Source: an uncultured Planctomycetaceae bacterium
GTDB taxonomy: Bacteria > Planctomycetota > Phycisphaerae > SM23-33
DNA length: 64,000 nt
NCBI GenBank assembly: GCA_964642165.1
Contig: CAZXOC010000004.1
Coordinates: forward strand, 2,200 to 66,199
Reading direction: 5' to 3'
Both the position numbers and the translations under genes were made by a program. This document shows, piece by piece, positions 36,127-45,241 of this stretch. Position 1 is the stretch's first letter. Each line of letters begins with the position of its first letter. Below the pieces are notes generated by a model. The model saw nothing but the letters and a program-made list of their open reading frames with translations. It made no database searches and had not been told where the DNA came from.

Positions 36127-37572
36127 CTACTTGGCGGGCTCGTCGAGCAGCGGCGCGGGCGCTGCGGGCCGACGCCGGAACCGCGAGACCAGCCAGTCCC
36201 TCGTCACGAACCAGATCCACGACCAGAACACCTTAAAGGCCGTCCGCCGCAAGCGGCTGAGGTTCGTCCGCTTGCTGAACAGCGAGCGCAGGAACCGCCA
36301 CCGCAGGTACACGCGCCGGTACGCGCGGTACATGATGCCGTCCATCTCCGGCTTGGGGAGTTGGCCCTCCATGGTCGGAGAGGTGAAGTCGTACCGGTCC
36401 CAGTCGCGCTCCACGAGTTTCCCGGAGGCCTTGGCCTCATCGTACAGGTCGGAGCCGGGAATCGGCGTGGCGACGGTGATCTGCACCACGTCCACCTCGG
36501 TGGTCGCGATGAACTCAGCCGTGGTCTCCGTCTCCTCCCGCGTCTCCCCGGGCAGCCCGAGAACGAACGTGCCCCACACGCCGACGTCGTGGGCGTGGAG
36601 CATCTCAACGGCCTTGTCCATCTGCTCGACCGAGATGCCCTTCCGCGAGGCGTCCAGGAGCCTGCGGACCGGGGTCTCCAGGCCGACGAGGACGGCGGCA
36701 AAGCGCGCCCTGCCCATCCACTCCGCCACCTCGGGGTGCTTCGCCAGCAGGTCCACCCGCGCCTGGCACCAGAAGTGGGCGTCGGTCTTGCGGTCGACGA
36801 TGGCCTGGCAGATCGCCTTCACGCGGCGGATGTCGTTCGAGAAGTTGTCGTCGGCGAAGAAGATGACCTTCGGCTCGGGGTAGCGTTCCAGCAGGTCGTC
36901 CACCTCCTGCATGACGCGGCCGACGCTCTTGGGGCGCCACCTGCCCCGGTGGAAGTTGCGGATGGAGCAGAAGGAACAGCGGAACGGGCAGCCGCGGCTG
37001 GCCTCGATCCCCTCCACACGGTACTCGCCCATGCGGTAGCGCGAGCGGTCGGGCAGCAACTCCCGCGCGGGCAGCCGCACCGTGTCCAGGTCCTCGATGA
37101 GCGGCCGGTCCGGTTCGTGACGGATGGTTCCGTTCTCCCGCCACGACACGCCGGCGACCCCGCGGAAGCTCCCGCGGGTCAGGATCTCGCACAGCGTGAT
37201 CTCGCCCTCGCCCCTCACCACGGCGTCGATGTGACCGGGACCGAGCATCTCCTCGGCGAGGAAGGTGGCCTGCTGGCCGCCGACGAGGATCCGGAGGTCC
37301 GCCTGCCGCCGCCGGAGGGCCTCGACGAGGGCCAGCGTGTAGTTCGTGTGGGAGGCGCTGTTGAGGCTGATCCCCACGATGTCCGGGTCCGCCTTCAGCA
37401 GGTCCTCGGCATGGGCCTCCACGTCGCGCCCCTTGCCGCGCATGTCGGCAAGCTCCACGTCCGCGTGGGCGCGTGTGTGGGCCGCAAGCGTCTCAATCCC
37501 GAGCGGAGAGGCAGAGAAATAGTCGTCGTACCCGACCTGCAGCCCCGTGGGCATCACCAGAAGTAAGCGCAC
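36127..37572 (-). CDS. B12-binding-domain radical SAM enzyme (class B)
   Basis: 481 aa. N-terminal cobalamin-binding-like Rossmann region (DIVGISLNSASH..), CPFRCSFCS radical SAM cluster motif. Basic/hydrophobic C-terminal tail (FKVFWSWIWFVTRDWLVSRF). Confidence 0.88.
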   Translation of the reverse strand: MRLLLVMPTGLQVGYDDYFSASPLGIETLAAHTRAHADVELADMRGKGRDVEAHAEDLLKADPDIVGISLNSASHTNYTLALVEALRRRQADLRILVGGQQATFLAEEMLGPGHIDAVVRGEGEITLCEILTRGSFRGVAGVSWRENGTIRHEPDRPLIEDLDTVRLPARELLPDRSRYRMGEYRVEGIEASRGCPFRCSFCSIRNFHRGRWRPKSVGRVMQEVDDLLERYPEPKVIFFADDNFSNDIRRVKAICQAIVDRKTDAHFWCQARVDLLAKHPEVAEWMGRARFAAVLVGLETPVRRLLDASRKGISVEQMDKAVEMLHAHDVGVWGTFVLGLPGETREETETTAEFIATTEVDVVQITVATPIPGSDLYDEAKASGKLVERDWDRYDFTSPTMEGQLPKPEMDGIMYRAYRRVYLRWRFLRSLFSKRTNLSRLRRTAFKVFWSWIWFVTRDWLVSRFRRRPAAPAPLLDEPAK

Positions 37573-37715
37573 GCGCGTTCATCCTTAGGTAGGTAGAGAT
37601 AGCCCAGGAGCATACAGCATTGCCCCGCGACGACCAATGGAATTATACTCCCCCCCCGACCCCGGAGCGCGGTGCCCCGACCGGCGGACCTCCACGAGGG
37701 GGCAGGAAGGACAGA

Positions 37716-38630
37716 ATGAGAGGCTTCCGGCTTCTGTGTCTTCTGGCGATGACGGCGTCGGTGGGCTGCAGTGCGGCGGCCGCCGACGGGCCGGACGCGC
37801 CGGCCCCCGTCCGCTACGGCCCGGGGCGCCTGCTCGGCACCCTCGCCAACGAGAAGATCGACGAGAGCAGCGGGCTGGCGTGCAGCCGGCGCAGGGACGG
37901 GGTGTTCTGGACGCACAACGACTCGGGCGACAAGCCCCGTCTCTTCGCCTTCGACGGGAAGGGGCGCCATCTCGGCGAGTACGAGGTCCGCGGCGCGCGC
38001 AACCGGGACTGGGAAGACATGGCCTCGGTTCGCCTCGGCGGCACGGGCTACCTGCTGATCTGTGACACGGGCGACAACGACCGCAAGAAGACCTCCGTCA
38101 CGCTCTACCTGGTCGAGGAGCCCGCGATCGATCCCGACAAGCCGGCAATCCAGGGCAAGCTCGACGTCGCGCGGAGCGTGCACTTCACCTACGACGACGG
38201 GCCCCAGGACTGCGAAGCCGTCGCCGTCGATCCCACGTCGCGGACCATCTACCTCGTCTCCAAGCGCGGCAAGCGGACCGTCTACGAGCTGCCCCTGACC
38301 CGGAAGCCGGCCGCCGGGAAGCTCGTCGCCCGCTCGATCGCCCGCCTGGGCATCACGCCCGCCGTCGCGATGGACATCTCCCCGGACGGCCGGCGGGCCA
38401 TCGTGCTGACCTACCTCTTCGCGCACGAGTACCGGCGCGCCGCGGGCGAGACGTGGGCGAAGGCGTTCTCCCGGCGGCCCCGCACGCTGTGGATGCCCGG
38501 CCGGCGGCAGGGCGAGTCGATCTGCTACGGCCGGGACGGCAGGACGCTCTACCTGACCAGCGAGAAGCGCCCCACCCCCCTGCTGGAGGTCCCCGCGCGA
38601 CCGGAGGAACCGGCCACGAGACCCAGGTGA
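37716..38630 (+). CDS. lipoprotein, beta-propeller-like (SdiA-regulated/phytase-like repeat), function unknown
   Basis: ORF 37620..38630, trimmed to MRGFRLLCLLAMTASVGC (lipobox). IDESSGLACS..VFWTHNDSGD motif. Confidence 0.7.
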   Translation: MRGFRLLCLLAMTASVGCSAAAADGPDAPAPVRYGPGRLLGTLANEKIDESSGLACSRRRDGVFWTHNDSGDKPRLFAFDGKGRHLGEYEVRGARNRDWEDMASVRLGGTGYLLICDTGDNDRKKTSVTLYLVEEPAIDPDKPAIQGKLDVARSVHFTYDDGPQDCEAVAVDPTSRTIYLVSKRGKRTVYELPLTRKPAAGKLVARSIARLGITPAVAMDISPDGRRAIVLTYLFAHEYRRAAGETWAKAFSRRPRTLWMPGRRQGESICYGRDGRTLYLTSEKRPTPLLEVPARPEEPATRPR

Positions 38631-38649
38631 CGGCGCGCGCCGCCCCTGC

Positions 38650-38678
38650 TTGCTATTGGGCGGACCCGCCCGTACCAT
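38650..38678 (+). promoter_or_regulatory. sigma70-like promoter candidate TTGCTA-N17-TACCAT upstream of hom
   Basis: Hexamers and spacing read directly. GGAG lies 9 nt before ATG 38705. Confidence 0.25.
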
Positions 38679-38704
38679 GCCCCGCGGAACTGGAGACGGC
38701 GCAC

Positions 38705-40036
38705 ATGACGGACGGTGGTTCGACGCTGGGCGTGGCGGTGGTCGGCTGCGGGACGGTCGGCGGGGCCACGGCGCTGCTGCTGACGCACGAAGGCAGCCTG
38801 CTGGCCGGACGCATCGAGCCGCGGATCGAGCTGCGGCACATCGTGGACGTGGGCTACGCCCACGCCCGGGAGCTGGGACTGGACGAGGGGCTCTTCACGC
38901 CGGACCTCGATGCGGCGCTGGCGGACGAGCGCGTCGGGGCCGTCGTGGAGTTGGTCGGCGGGATGACCGTCGCCAAGGAGATCATCGAGCGGGCCCTGCG
39001 CGCGGGGAAGTCCGTCGTGACCGCCAACAAGGCCCTGCTGGCCCACCACGGCGTGGAGCTCTGCGCCCTGGCGAGGGCCCACGGGGCGTCGCTGTCGTTC
39101 GAGGCCAGTTGCGCCGGCGGCATCCCCATCCTCCGGGCGCTGTGCGACGGGCTCGTTGCCAACCGCATCGAGGCCCTCTACGGCATCGTCAACGGCACCT
39201 GCAACCACATCCTGACGGCCATGACCCAACGCGGGCAGCCCTACGCCGACGCGCTGGCCGACGCCCAGGTCCAAGGGCTCGCCGAGGCCGATCCCACGCT
39301 GGACGTGGCGGGCACGGATTCCGCCCACAAGCTGGCGATCCTGGCCGCCCTGGCGTTCGGCGCGAGGATCGACTGCGAGCGGATCCCCGTCAGCGGCATC
39401 GACTCGCTGGACCTGTGCGACGTGAGCTACGGGCAGGAAATCGGGTACGTGATCAAGCTGCTGGCGATTGCGGCCCGGCAGGGCGACGGGCTGATCCTCC
39501 GCGTCGGCCCGGCGTTCATCTCGAAGGAGCATCCGCTGGCGTGGGTTTCCGGCCCGTTCAACGCCGTGAGCGTCTACGGGCACGCCACCGGGCACACGAT
39601 GTACTACGGTCGCGGGGCGGGCGGGCGGCCGACGGCCTCGGCGGTCGTAGCGGACCTGGCGGCCGTCGCGATGGGCACGGCCGGCGAGCTCTTCACCAAG
39701 CTGCGGATCTGGCCGGACCGCTGCGAGGCGGCCAGCCAGCTCCCCATCGCCGCCGCGCGCAGCCGCCACTACCTGCGAGTGATGTGCGTGGACCGGCCGG
39801 GCGTGCTGGCGCAGTTAGCGGCCGTTCTCGGCCGGCACGACATCAGCATCTCGTCGGTCCTCCAGCGCGAGGCGCCCGACGGCGGCGAGGGCAACGTCGT
39901 GCCGCTGGTCATCACCACGCACAAGGCCCTGGAGGGCGACGTCACGGGCGCCCTGGCCGAGGTGAGCGCCCTGGAGGTCATCAAGGCCGACAGCGTCTGC
40001 ATCCCCATCGTGGAAGAGCACCCCGAGCAACTGTGA
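38705..40036 (+). CDS. hom: homoserine dehydrogenase with C-terminal ACT domain
   Basis: ORF 38453..40036, trimmed to MTDGGSTLGVAVVGCGTVGG. VTANKALLA, ASCAGGIPI, DPTLDVAGTDSAHKLAILA, ACT-like tail. Confidence 0.93.
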   Translation: MTDGGSTLGVAVVGCGTVGGATALLLTHEGSLLAGRIEPRIELRHIVDVGYAHARELGLDEGLFTPDLDAALADERVGAVVELVGGMTVAKEIIERALRAGKSVVTANKALLAHHGVELCALARAHGASLSFEASCAGGIPILRALCDGLVANRIEALYGIVNGTCNHILTAMTQRGQPYADALADAQVQGLAEADPTLDVAGTDSAHKLAILAALAFGARIDCERIPVSGIDSLDLCDVSYGQEIGYVIKLLAIAARQGDGLILRVGPAFISKEHPLAWVSGPFNAVSVYGHATGHTMYYGRGAGGRPTASAVVADLAAVAMGTAGELFTKLRIWPDRCEAASQLPIAAARSRHYLRVMCVDRPGVLAQLAAVLGRHDISISSVLQREAPDGGEGNVVPLVITTHKALEGDVTGALAEVSALEVIKADSVCIPIVEEHPEQL

Positions 40037-40055
40037 CCCACAGCCGGACGCCAGG

Positions 40056-41243
40056 ATGAAATACGCACTGGTCATCACGGACGGGGCCGCCGACGTGCCG
40101 CTGGCGGAGCTCGACGGCAAGACGCCCCTGGAAGCCGCCCAACTGCCCCACATCGACTGGATCGCCCAGCACGGAAAGATCGGCACGGTACGTAACATCC
40201 CGGAGGGGATGGCCGCCGGCTCCGACGTGGCGATCCTCTCCGTGCTGGGCTACGACCCCCGGGAGCACTACACCGGCCGGGCGCCGCTCGAGGCGGCCGC
40301 CCAGGGGCTCAAGACCCGTCCCGACGAGTGGATCTTCCGCTGCAACTTCGTCACGCTCGTCGATGAGCGAATGGAGGATTACTCCGCGGGGCACATCTCC
40401 ACCGAAGAGGCCCAGGCGCTGATCGACGAGCTCAACCGCCGCATCGCCCCCGACGGCGTGCGGTTCTACTGCGGCGTGAGCTACCGCCACCTCATGACCT
40501 TCCAGGGCGACTGCGCCGTCACGACCACCCCGCCGCACGACATCCTCTCCCAGCCCGTGGCCGACCACCTGCCCACCGGCGCCGGAAGCGACACCCTCCG
40601 CCGCCTCATGGAACGCAGCCAGGAGCTCCTCGCCGGCCACGAAATCAACGAGATCCGACGCGACCTCGGCGACAACCCGGCCACCAGCATCTGGCTGTGG
40701 GGCGAGGGGAAGATGCCGACGCTGCCGGCCTTTCGCGACCTGCACGGGCTGACCGGCAAGGCGATCACGGCGGTCGACCTCGTCCGGGGCATCGCCGCGC
40801 TGATCGGCTGGCAGCCGATCGACGTGGAGGGCGCGACGGGCTTCCTGGACACGAACTACGCCGGCAAGGGCGCCGCGGCCGTGGAGGCCCTCGACGACTG
40901 CGACCTCGTCTGCGTGCACGTCGAGGCCCCCGACGAGGCGGGGCACCACGCCGACCCCGGCGGCAAGGTCGCCGCCCTGGAGCAGATCGACCGCCACGTC
41001 GTCGGCCCGCTGCTGGAGCGCCTCCGGCAGGAAGGCGACGCGTGGCGGGTCCTGGTCCTGCCGGACCACCCCACCCCCTGCACGGTCCGCACGCACACGC
41101 GCGACGCCGTGCCGTTCGCCATCGCCGGCCGGGGCATCAAGGCCGTCATCCACGGGCCGTTCACGGAGGCCGAGGCCGCCCAGTCCGACCTCCACATCCG
41201 CCGCGGGCACGAGCTCATGGAGTACTTCCTGACCGTGCGCTAG
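40056..41243 (+). CDS. cofactor-independent phosphoglycerate mutase family (ApgM-like); candidate non-canonical homoserine kinase
   Basis: 395 aa. MKYALVITDGAAD.., AAGSDVAILSVLGYDP, HVEAPDEAGH, LPDHPTP. Starts 20 nt after the hom stop. Confidence 0.85.
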   Translation: MKYALVITDGAADVPLAELDGKTPLEAAQLPHIDWIAQHGKIGTVRNIPEGMAAGSDVAILSVLGYDPREHYTGRAPLEAAAQGLKTRPDEWIFRCNFVTLVDERMEDYSAGHISTEEAQALIDELNRRIAPDGVRFYCGVSYRHLMTFQGDCAVTTTPPHDILSQPVADHLPTGAGSDTLRRLMERSQELLAGHEINEIRRDLGDNPATSIWLWGEGKMPTLPAFRDLHGLTGKAITAVDLVRGIAALIGWQPIDVEGATGFLDTNYAGKGAAAVEALDDCDLVCVHVEAPDEAGHHADPGGKVAALEQIDRHVVGPLLERLRQEGDAWRVLVLPDHPTPCTVRTHTRDAVPFAIAGRGIKAVIHGPFTEAEAAQSDLHIRRGHELMEYFLTVR

Positions 41244-42738
41244 CCGGGCGGAGGCCCCGACGCCCCGGGGGCGGGGGGCAGTTCCCGTCGAGGAAGAAGA
41301 CCAGGTCCGGCGAGTCGACCAGGTCGAGATGGCCGCGCGAGCCGACGAAGAAGCTCCCGCGGTCCTCGCGGGCGTTCTTGAAGACGCTGTACAGCCGCGG
41401 GCAGTCCCGCGCCGGCAGGTACCGGACCGCCGCGGCACCGGCGGCGAACGGGTCGTCGGGCACGGCGGCAAGGTACTCGGGAACCAGCTCCGCGAGTTCC
41501 TTGGGGCGGTGGCCGTGGTCCAGTTCGTACAGGCGCATGGCCAGGGCCGCCGCGGCCATCCGCCGCGTCGCCAGGTTGCGGAACCGCACCTTGAAGGAGC
41601 GGTTCAGGCGCGGCAGCAGCAGCGCCACCAGGGTGCAGGAGGCGTTGGCGAAGCGCCGTCGCGGCAGCGTCCGGCGCGCGTCGCAGGCCTGGGGATACGT
41701 CGCCGCACGCGCCGCTTCGACGTCGCCGGCCATCTTCGCCAGCAGCTCCGCCTCGTCGGCGGCGTAGAAGGCCGGCAGGATCGCGCCCAGGTGCCCGCCG
41801 CCGCCCAGCAGCCCCGTGCGGCCCTGGGGCCAACGCGGCAGCCGGCGCAGCGACAGCCGGCCCGCCCGCGCCCGCTCGGCCATCTCGTAGGCCATGCTCC
41901 GCTCGCCCAGGATCGCGCGGTCGAAGCCGTCGCGGCGAAGCAGGTCGGCGATCAACCCGCGAGCGGCCCGGTGCGCCTCGCCGTCCTCCCGGGCTGCCGA
42001 CAGGCGGGGCGCCATCTCCTCGATCGCCAGACACACCTCGCGGCGGATCCTGTCGGCCGTCTCGAAGGCCGTCAGGCACAGCACCGACTCGACCGACCGC
42101 GCCAGGGCCATCGCGTCGCGCAGCCGCTCGACGGCCCCGGCCGTCTCTCCGTCCTCGTTCGCCCTCAGCGCGTCCAAGCAGAGGAGGTCGCCCACGTCCG
42201 ACAGCTCCCGGAGCCGGGGCGGGCGCCACCGGAACACGGGCTGGCGAAAGCGGATGCCCCAATCGGCCGACCGGCAGCGCCGCGCCCGGCGGCACAGCCC
42301 CAGGACCTCCTTCGACAAGGCCAGGGCCTCCCGGACGCGACGCGCGTCCCCGGGGCGGCCGCGGCGATGGGCCAGGACCCCGTCGCGCAGCAGGTCGACC
42401 AGATCCCCCCGGCGTGCGCGCGTCGCGGCGTGTGCGGCAGCGGCATCCCCCAGGCCGAACGCCCGCCGGTAGGTCTCGGCGGCTTGGCGGTGGTGTTCGG
42501 CCGCGTTCTCCGCGACCGCGGGGCGGGTCGTGGCGAAGTCCCGCCAGGCCAGCGGCTCGCCCCGTCTGCGGATGCGCTCCACGCACGCGTCCAGCCGCGC
42601 CTCGTCGCGGTGGAGCTTCGCCAGCAGCACGACGGCCCCGACCGCGGCACCGGCCAGCAGGAACAAGGCGATGCGAAGGACCCGTCGCAGGCGCCTGCCC
42701 CGGCGCCCGCGATCAGATGTCGAATCGGCTTCGGGCAT
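41215..42738 (-). CDS. membrane-anchored hypothetical protein
   Basis: ORF 41215..42984, trimmed to MPEADSTSD.. (ATG 42736-42738). TM LRIALFLLAGAAVGAVVLLA. C-terminal LYELDHGHRPKELAELVPEYLAAVPDDPF motif. Its 3' end overlaps the apgM-like gene by 29 nt. Confidence 0.65.
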   Translation of the reverse strand: MPEADSTSDRGRRGRRLRRVLRIALFLLAGAAVGAVVLLAKLHRDEARLDACVERIRRRGEPLAWRDFATTRPAVAENAAEHHRQAAETYRRAFGLGDAAAAHAATRARRGDLVDLLRDGVLAHRRGRPGDARRVREALALSKEVLGLCRRARRCRSADWGIRFRQPVFRWRPPRLRELSDVGDLLCLDALRANEDGETAGAVERLRDAMALARSVESVLCLTAFETADRIRREVCLAIEEMAPRLSAAREDGEAHRAARGLIADLLRRDGFDRAILGERSMAYEMAERARAGRLSLRRLPRWPQGRTGLLGGGGHLGAILPAFYAADEAELLAKMAGDVEAARAATYPQACDARRTLPRRRFANASCTLVALLLPRLNRSFKVRFRNLATRRMAAAALAMRLYELDHGHRPKELAELVPEYLAAVPDDPFAAGAAAVRYLPARDCPRLYSVFKNAREDRGSFFVGSRGHLDLVDSPDLVFFLDGNCPPPPGRRGLRPASARSGSTP

Positions 42739-42983
42739 CGCAACGTACCTCGAAGGGCGCGCGAGCCCCAACCAGGGACAAGACGCCGCGGCCCGAATTG
42801 CCCGGGGCGATGTCCTCTGTCCGTCGTTCTGCGGCCTTGGCGGAATTATACGGAACGGATCGTGCCCTGTCGGCGTGGCGGTCGAAAATGGATGGACACG
42901 GCGGCAGGATCGACTACATTCTCTGGACTTGCGCAGCGCCTCGCGAAGGCGCGGGCGGCCCCGCAGCGGAGCAGCGGCAGACA

Positions 42984-44237
42984 ATGAGCACGGTCGTGAT
43001 GAAGTTCGGCGGGACGAGCGTGGCCGACGCGGAGTTGATCCGTGCCGCGGCCCGGCGCGCCATTCGCGCCCAGAAGGCCGGGAACCGGGTCGCCATGGTC
43101 GTTTCGGCGATGGGAGCCACGACCGACCGGCTGGTGGACCTGGCCGCCCAGATCACTCCCAACCCGCCCAAGCGGGAGATGGACCAGTTGCTGGCCACGG
43201 GCGAGCAGGTGACGATCTCGCTGATGGCGATGGCGCTGGAGCAGATGGGCGCGGCGGCGATCAGCTTCACGGCCGGGCAGATCGGCATCGTCACCAACGA
43301 CGCCCACATGAAGGCGAAGGTCAAGTCGATCGACGTGCGGAGGATCCGCCAGCACCTCGACGCGGGGCGGATCGTCGTCATTGCGGGCTTCCAGGGCATG
43401 ACGGAGACCGGCGCGGTCACGACGCTCGGCCGCGGCGGCAGCAACGTCACGCTGGTGGCCATCGCCGCGGCGCTCGGGGCCGAGGCCTGCGAGAACTATA
43501 CCGACGTCGACGGCATCTTCACCGCCGACCCGCGGATCGTGCCCAACGCCCGGAAGATCCACCGCATCAGCTACGACGAGATGCTCGAGCTCGCCAGCCT
43601 GGGGGCCAAGGTGCTCCACAACCGCTCCGTCGAGTTCGCCAAGAAATACAACGTGCCCATCCACGTCCGCAGCAGCAAGCACAACCGCAAAGGAACGATG
43701 ATCGTGGCCGAGACCGAATCCATGGAGCGCATCGTCGTCAGCGGGGTCGCGCTGAAGGACAACCTCGCCCGCGTGACGCTGCGGGACGTGCCGGACCGCC
43801 CCGGCGTGGCGGCGGCCGTCTTCCACCAGATCGCCGCCCACAAAATCGTCGTCGACGACATCATCCAGACCATCGCCGACAACCGCCAGGCCACCATCTC
43901 CTTCACCATCGAGCTGGCCGACCTCGCCGATGCCAAGAAGGTCGTCGAGGGGATCGGCAGGGACCTCGGCTGCGCCGCGACGTTCGAGGACCGCCTGGCG
44001 AAGGTGTCGGTCGTCGGGATGGGCATGCGGATGCACACCGGCGTGGCCGAGCGGATGTTCGCGGCCCTGGCGAAGGCGAGGATCAACATCCAGAACATCA
44101 CGACGAGCGAGATCAAGGTCTCCTGCCTGATCGATCGCACGGACGGGCAGCGGGCGCTGCGCCTGGTCCACGACGCGTTCAACCTGGGCGCCAAGCCGCG
44201 CGGGAAGACCAAGAGGAAGAAGTCGAAGAAACGCTGA
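42984..44237 (+). CDS. lysC: aspartate kinase (monofunctional, two ACT domains)
   Basis: ORF 42414..44237, trimmed to MSTVVMKFGGTSV. VVSAMGATTD, GRGGSNVT, TDVDGIFTADPRIV, ACT repeats. Confidence 0.93.
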   Translation: MSTVVMKFGGTSVADAELIRAAARRAIRAQKAGNRVAMVVSAMGATTDRLVDLAAQITPNPPKREMDQLLATGEQVTISLMAMALEQMGAAAISFTAGQIGIVTNDAHMKAKVKSIDVRRIRQHLDAGRIVVIAGFQGMTETGAVTTLGRGGSNVTLVAIAAALGAEACENYTDVDGIFTADPRIVPNARKIHRISYDEMLELASLGAKVLHNRSVEFAKKYNVPIHVRSSKHNRKGTMIVAETESMERIVVSGVALKDNLARVTLRDVPDRPGVAAAVFHQIAAHKIVVDDIIQTIADNRQATISFTIELADLADAKKVVEGIGRDLGCAATFEDRLAKVSVVGMGMRMHTGVAERMFAALAKARINIQNITTSEIKVSCLIDRTDGQRALRLVHDAFNLGAKPRGKTKRKKSKKR

Positions 44238-44270
44238 GGCGCCAAGCCCGGCTTCCCGAAACGCAGAGAC

Positions 44271-44303
44271 GGGTGGACCCACAGGTCCGCTCGTTTTCGT
44301 ATT
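44271..44303 (+). terminator. candidate intrinsic terminator after lysC
   Basis: GGGTGGACC-CACA-GGTCCGCTC (9 bp including two G-U pairs) followed by GTTTTCGTATT. Read directly. Confidence 0.4.
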
Positions 44304-44356
44304 GCGGGGCCCACGTCTCTGCCCTACCTTGCGCGAGCAAGGGCTGGACCTGTGGG

Positions 44357-45241
44357 ATGAAGCCGACGAAGCCCAAGCTGAGCGGTCGCCGCAGGCGCCT
44401 GCGCGTCGCGGCGAGGAAGGCGCGGTGGCCGGCCGTTGCGCTGGTGGTCGTCGCGCTGATCATCGTCGCGGACCGGGCAGGCCTCTTCGGCCTTCGCCCG
44501 GCGCCGACGGGCGACGACTACCGGCGCTATCACGGCAAGTCGTTCCGCGTCGTTCGCGTGATCGACGGCGACACGCTGGACGTCGACGCGCCCGACGGGC
44601 GCCGCGGGCACACCCGGATCCGCCTCTGGGGCGTCGACACGCCCGAGACCAGGCATCCCCAGAAGGGCGTGCAGCACTTCGGCCCCGAGGCGGCCGCCTT
44701 CACCCGCCGTGCCTGCGAAGGCAACACCGTGCGCCTGGAACTGGCCCCCCGCCGCACGAGAGACAGGTACCGCCGCCTCCTGGCCTACGTGTTCCTGCCC
44801 GACGGCCGCCTGCTCAACCGCGAGCTGGTCCGCCTGGGCTTCGGCTACGCCGACCCGCGCTACCGCCATCCCTACCGGGAGGAGTTCCTGCGGCTGCACG
44901 ACACCGCGCGGGCGGCGCGGCGGGGGCTCTGGCGGGACGTGCGGCAGAAGGACCTGCCGTACTACCTCCAGAACGCACTCGGGTGCGTTCGCCTTCCGGA
45001 ACGGCCTCCAGCGGGGGCGCCCGAGGGGGCTTACAGGTCGCTGACCTGGCCCTCGCGCCCGGGCTGGTGGCGGTCGACGGCGAGCTTGCCGCGGATGGAT
45101 TCGAGGGCCTGGGCCTTCCTGCCGATCCGCCCGACCAGCAGCATCACGGGCAGCCGCCGGCTGTCGCGGAACGTGACGACGATCCGCCCGAAGCCGAGGA
45201 TCCGCTCGAGGAAGTCGCTGGTGTCCACGCGGGTGTTGTAG
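44357..45241 (+). CDS. membrane-anchored staphylococcal-nuclease (thermonuclease) domain protein
   Basis: Frame of ORF 42530..45241 from MKPTKPKLSG. TM WPAVALVVVALIIVA. SNase pattern VIDGDTLDV..IRLWGVDTPE..FGPEAAAF..DRYRRLLAYVFLPDG..NRELVRLGFG. There is no in-frame stop until 45241, so the last ~70 codons overlap the convergent gene. Confidence 0.78.
   Translation: MKPTKPKLSGRRRRLRVAARKARWPAVALVVVALIIVADRAGLFGLRPAPTGDDYRRYHGKSFRVVRVIDGDTLDVDAPDGRRGHTRIRLWGVDTPETRHPQKGVQHFGPEAAAFTRRACEGNTVRLELAPRRTRDRYRRLLAYVFLPDGRLLNRELVRLGFGYADPRYRHPYREEFLRLHDTARAARRGLWRDVRQKDLPYYLQNALGCVRLPERPPAGAPEGAYRSLTWPSRPGWWRSTASLPRMDSRAWAFLPIRPTSSITGSRRLSRNVTTIRPKPRIRSRKSLVSTRVL

Noticed and set aside
42739-42983. 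Looked for a lysine riboswitch (L-box) or other leader upstream of lysC
   Set aside because: I could not find the conserved L-box cores as I recall them (AGAGGCGC, GCCGAAG, GGAGAGC-type). Only an AT-rich GGAATTATAC element is present. An Infernal scan would be needed to be sure.
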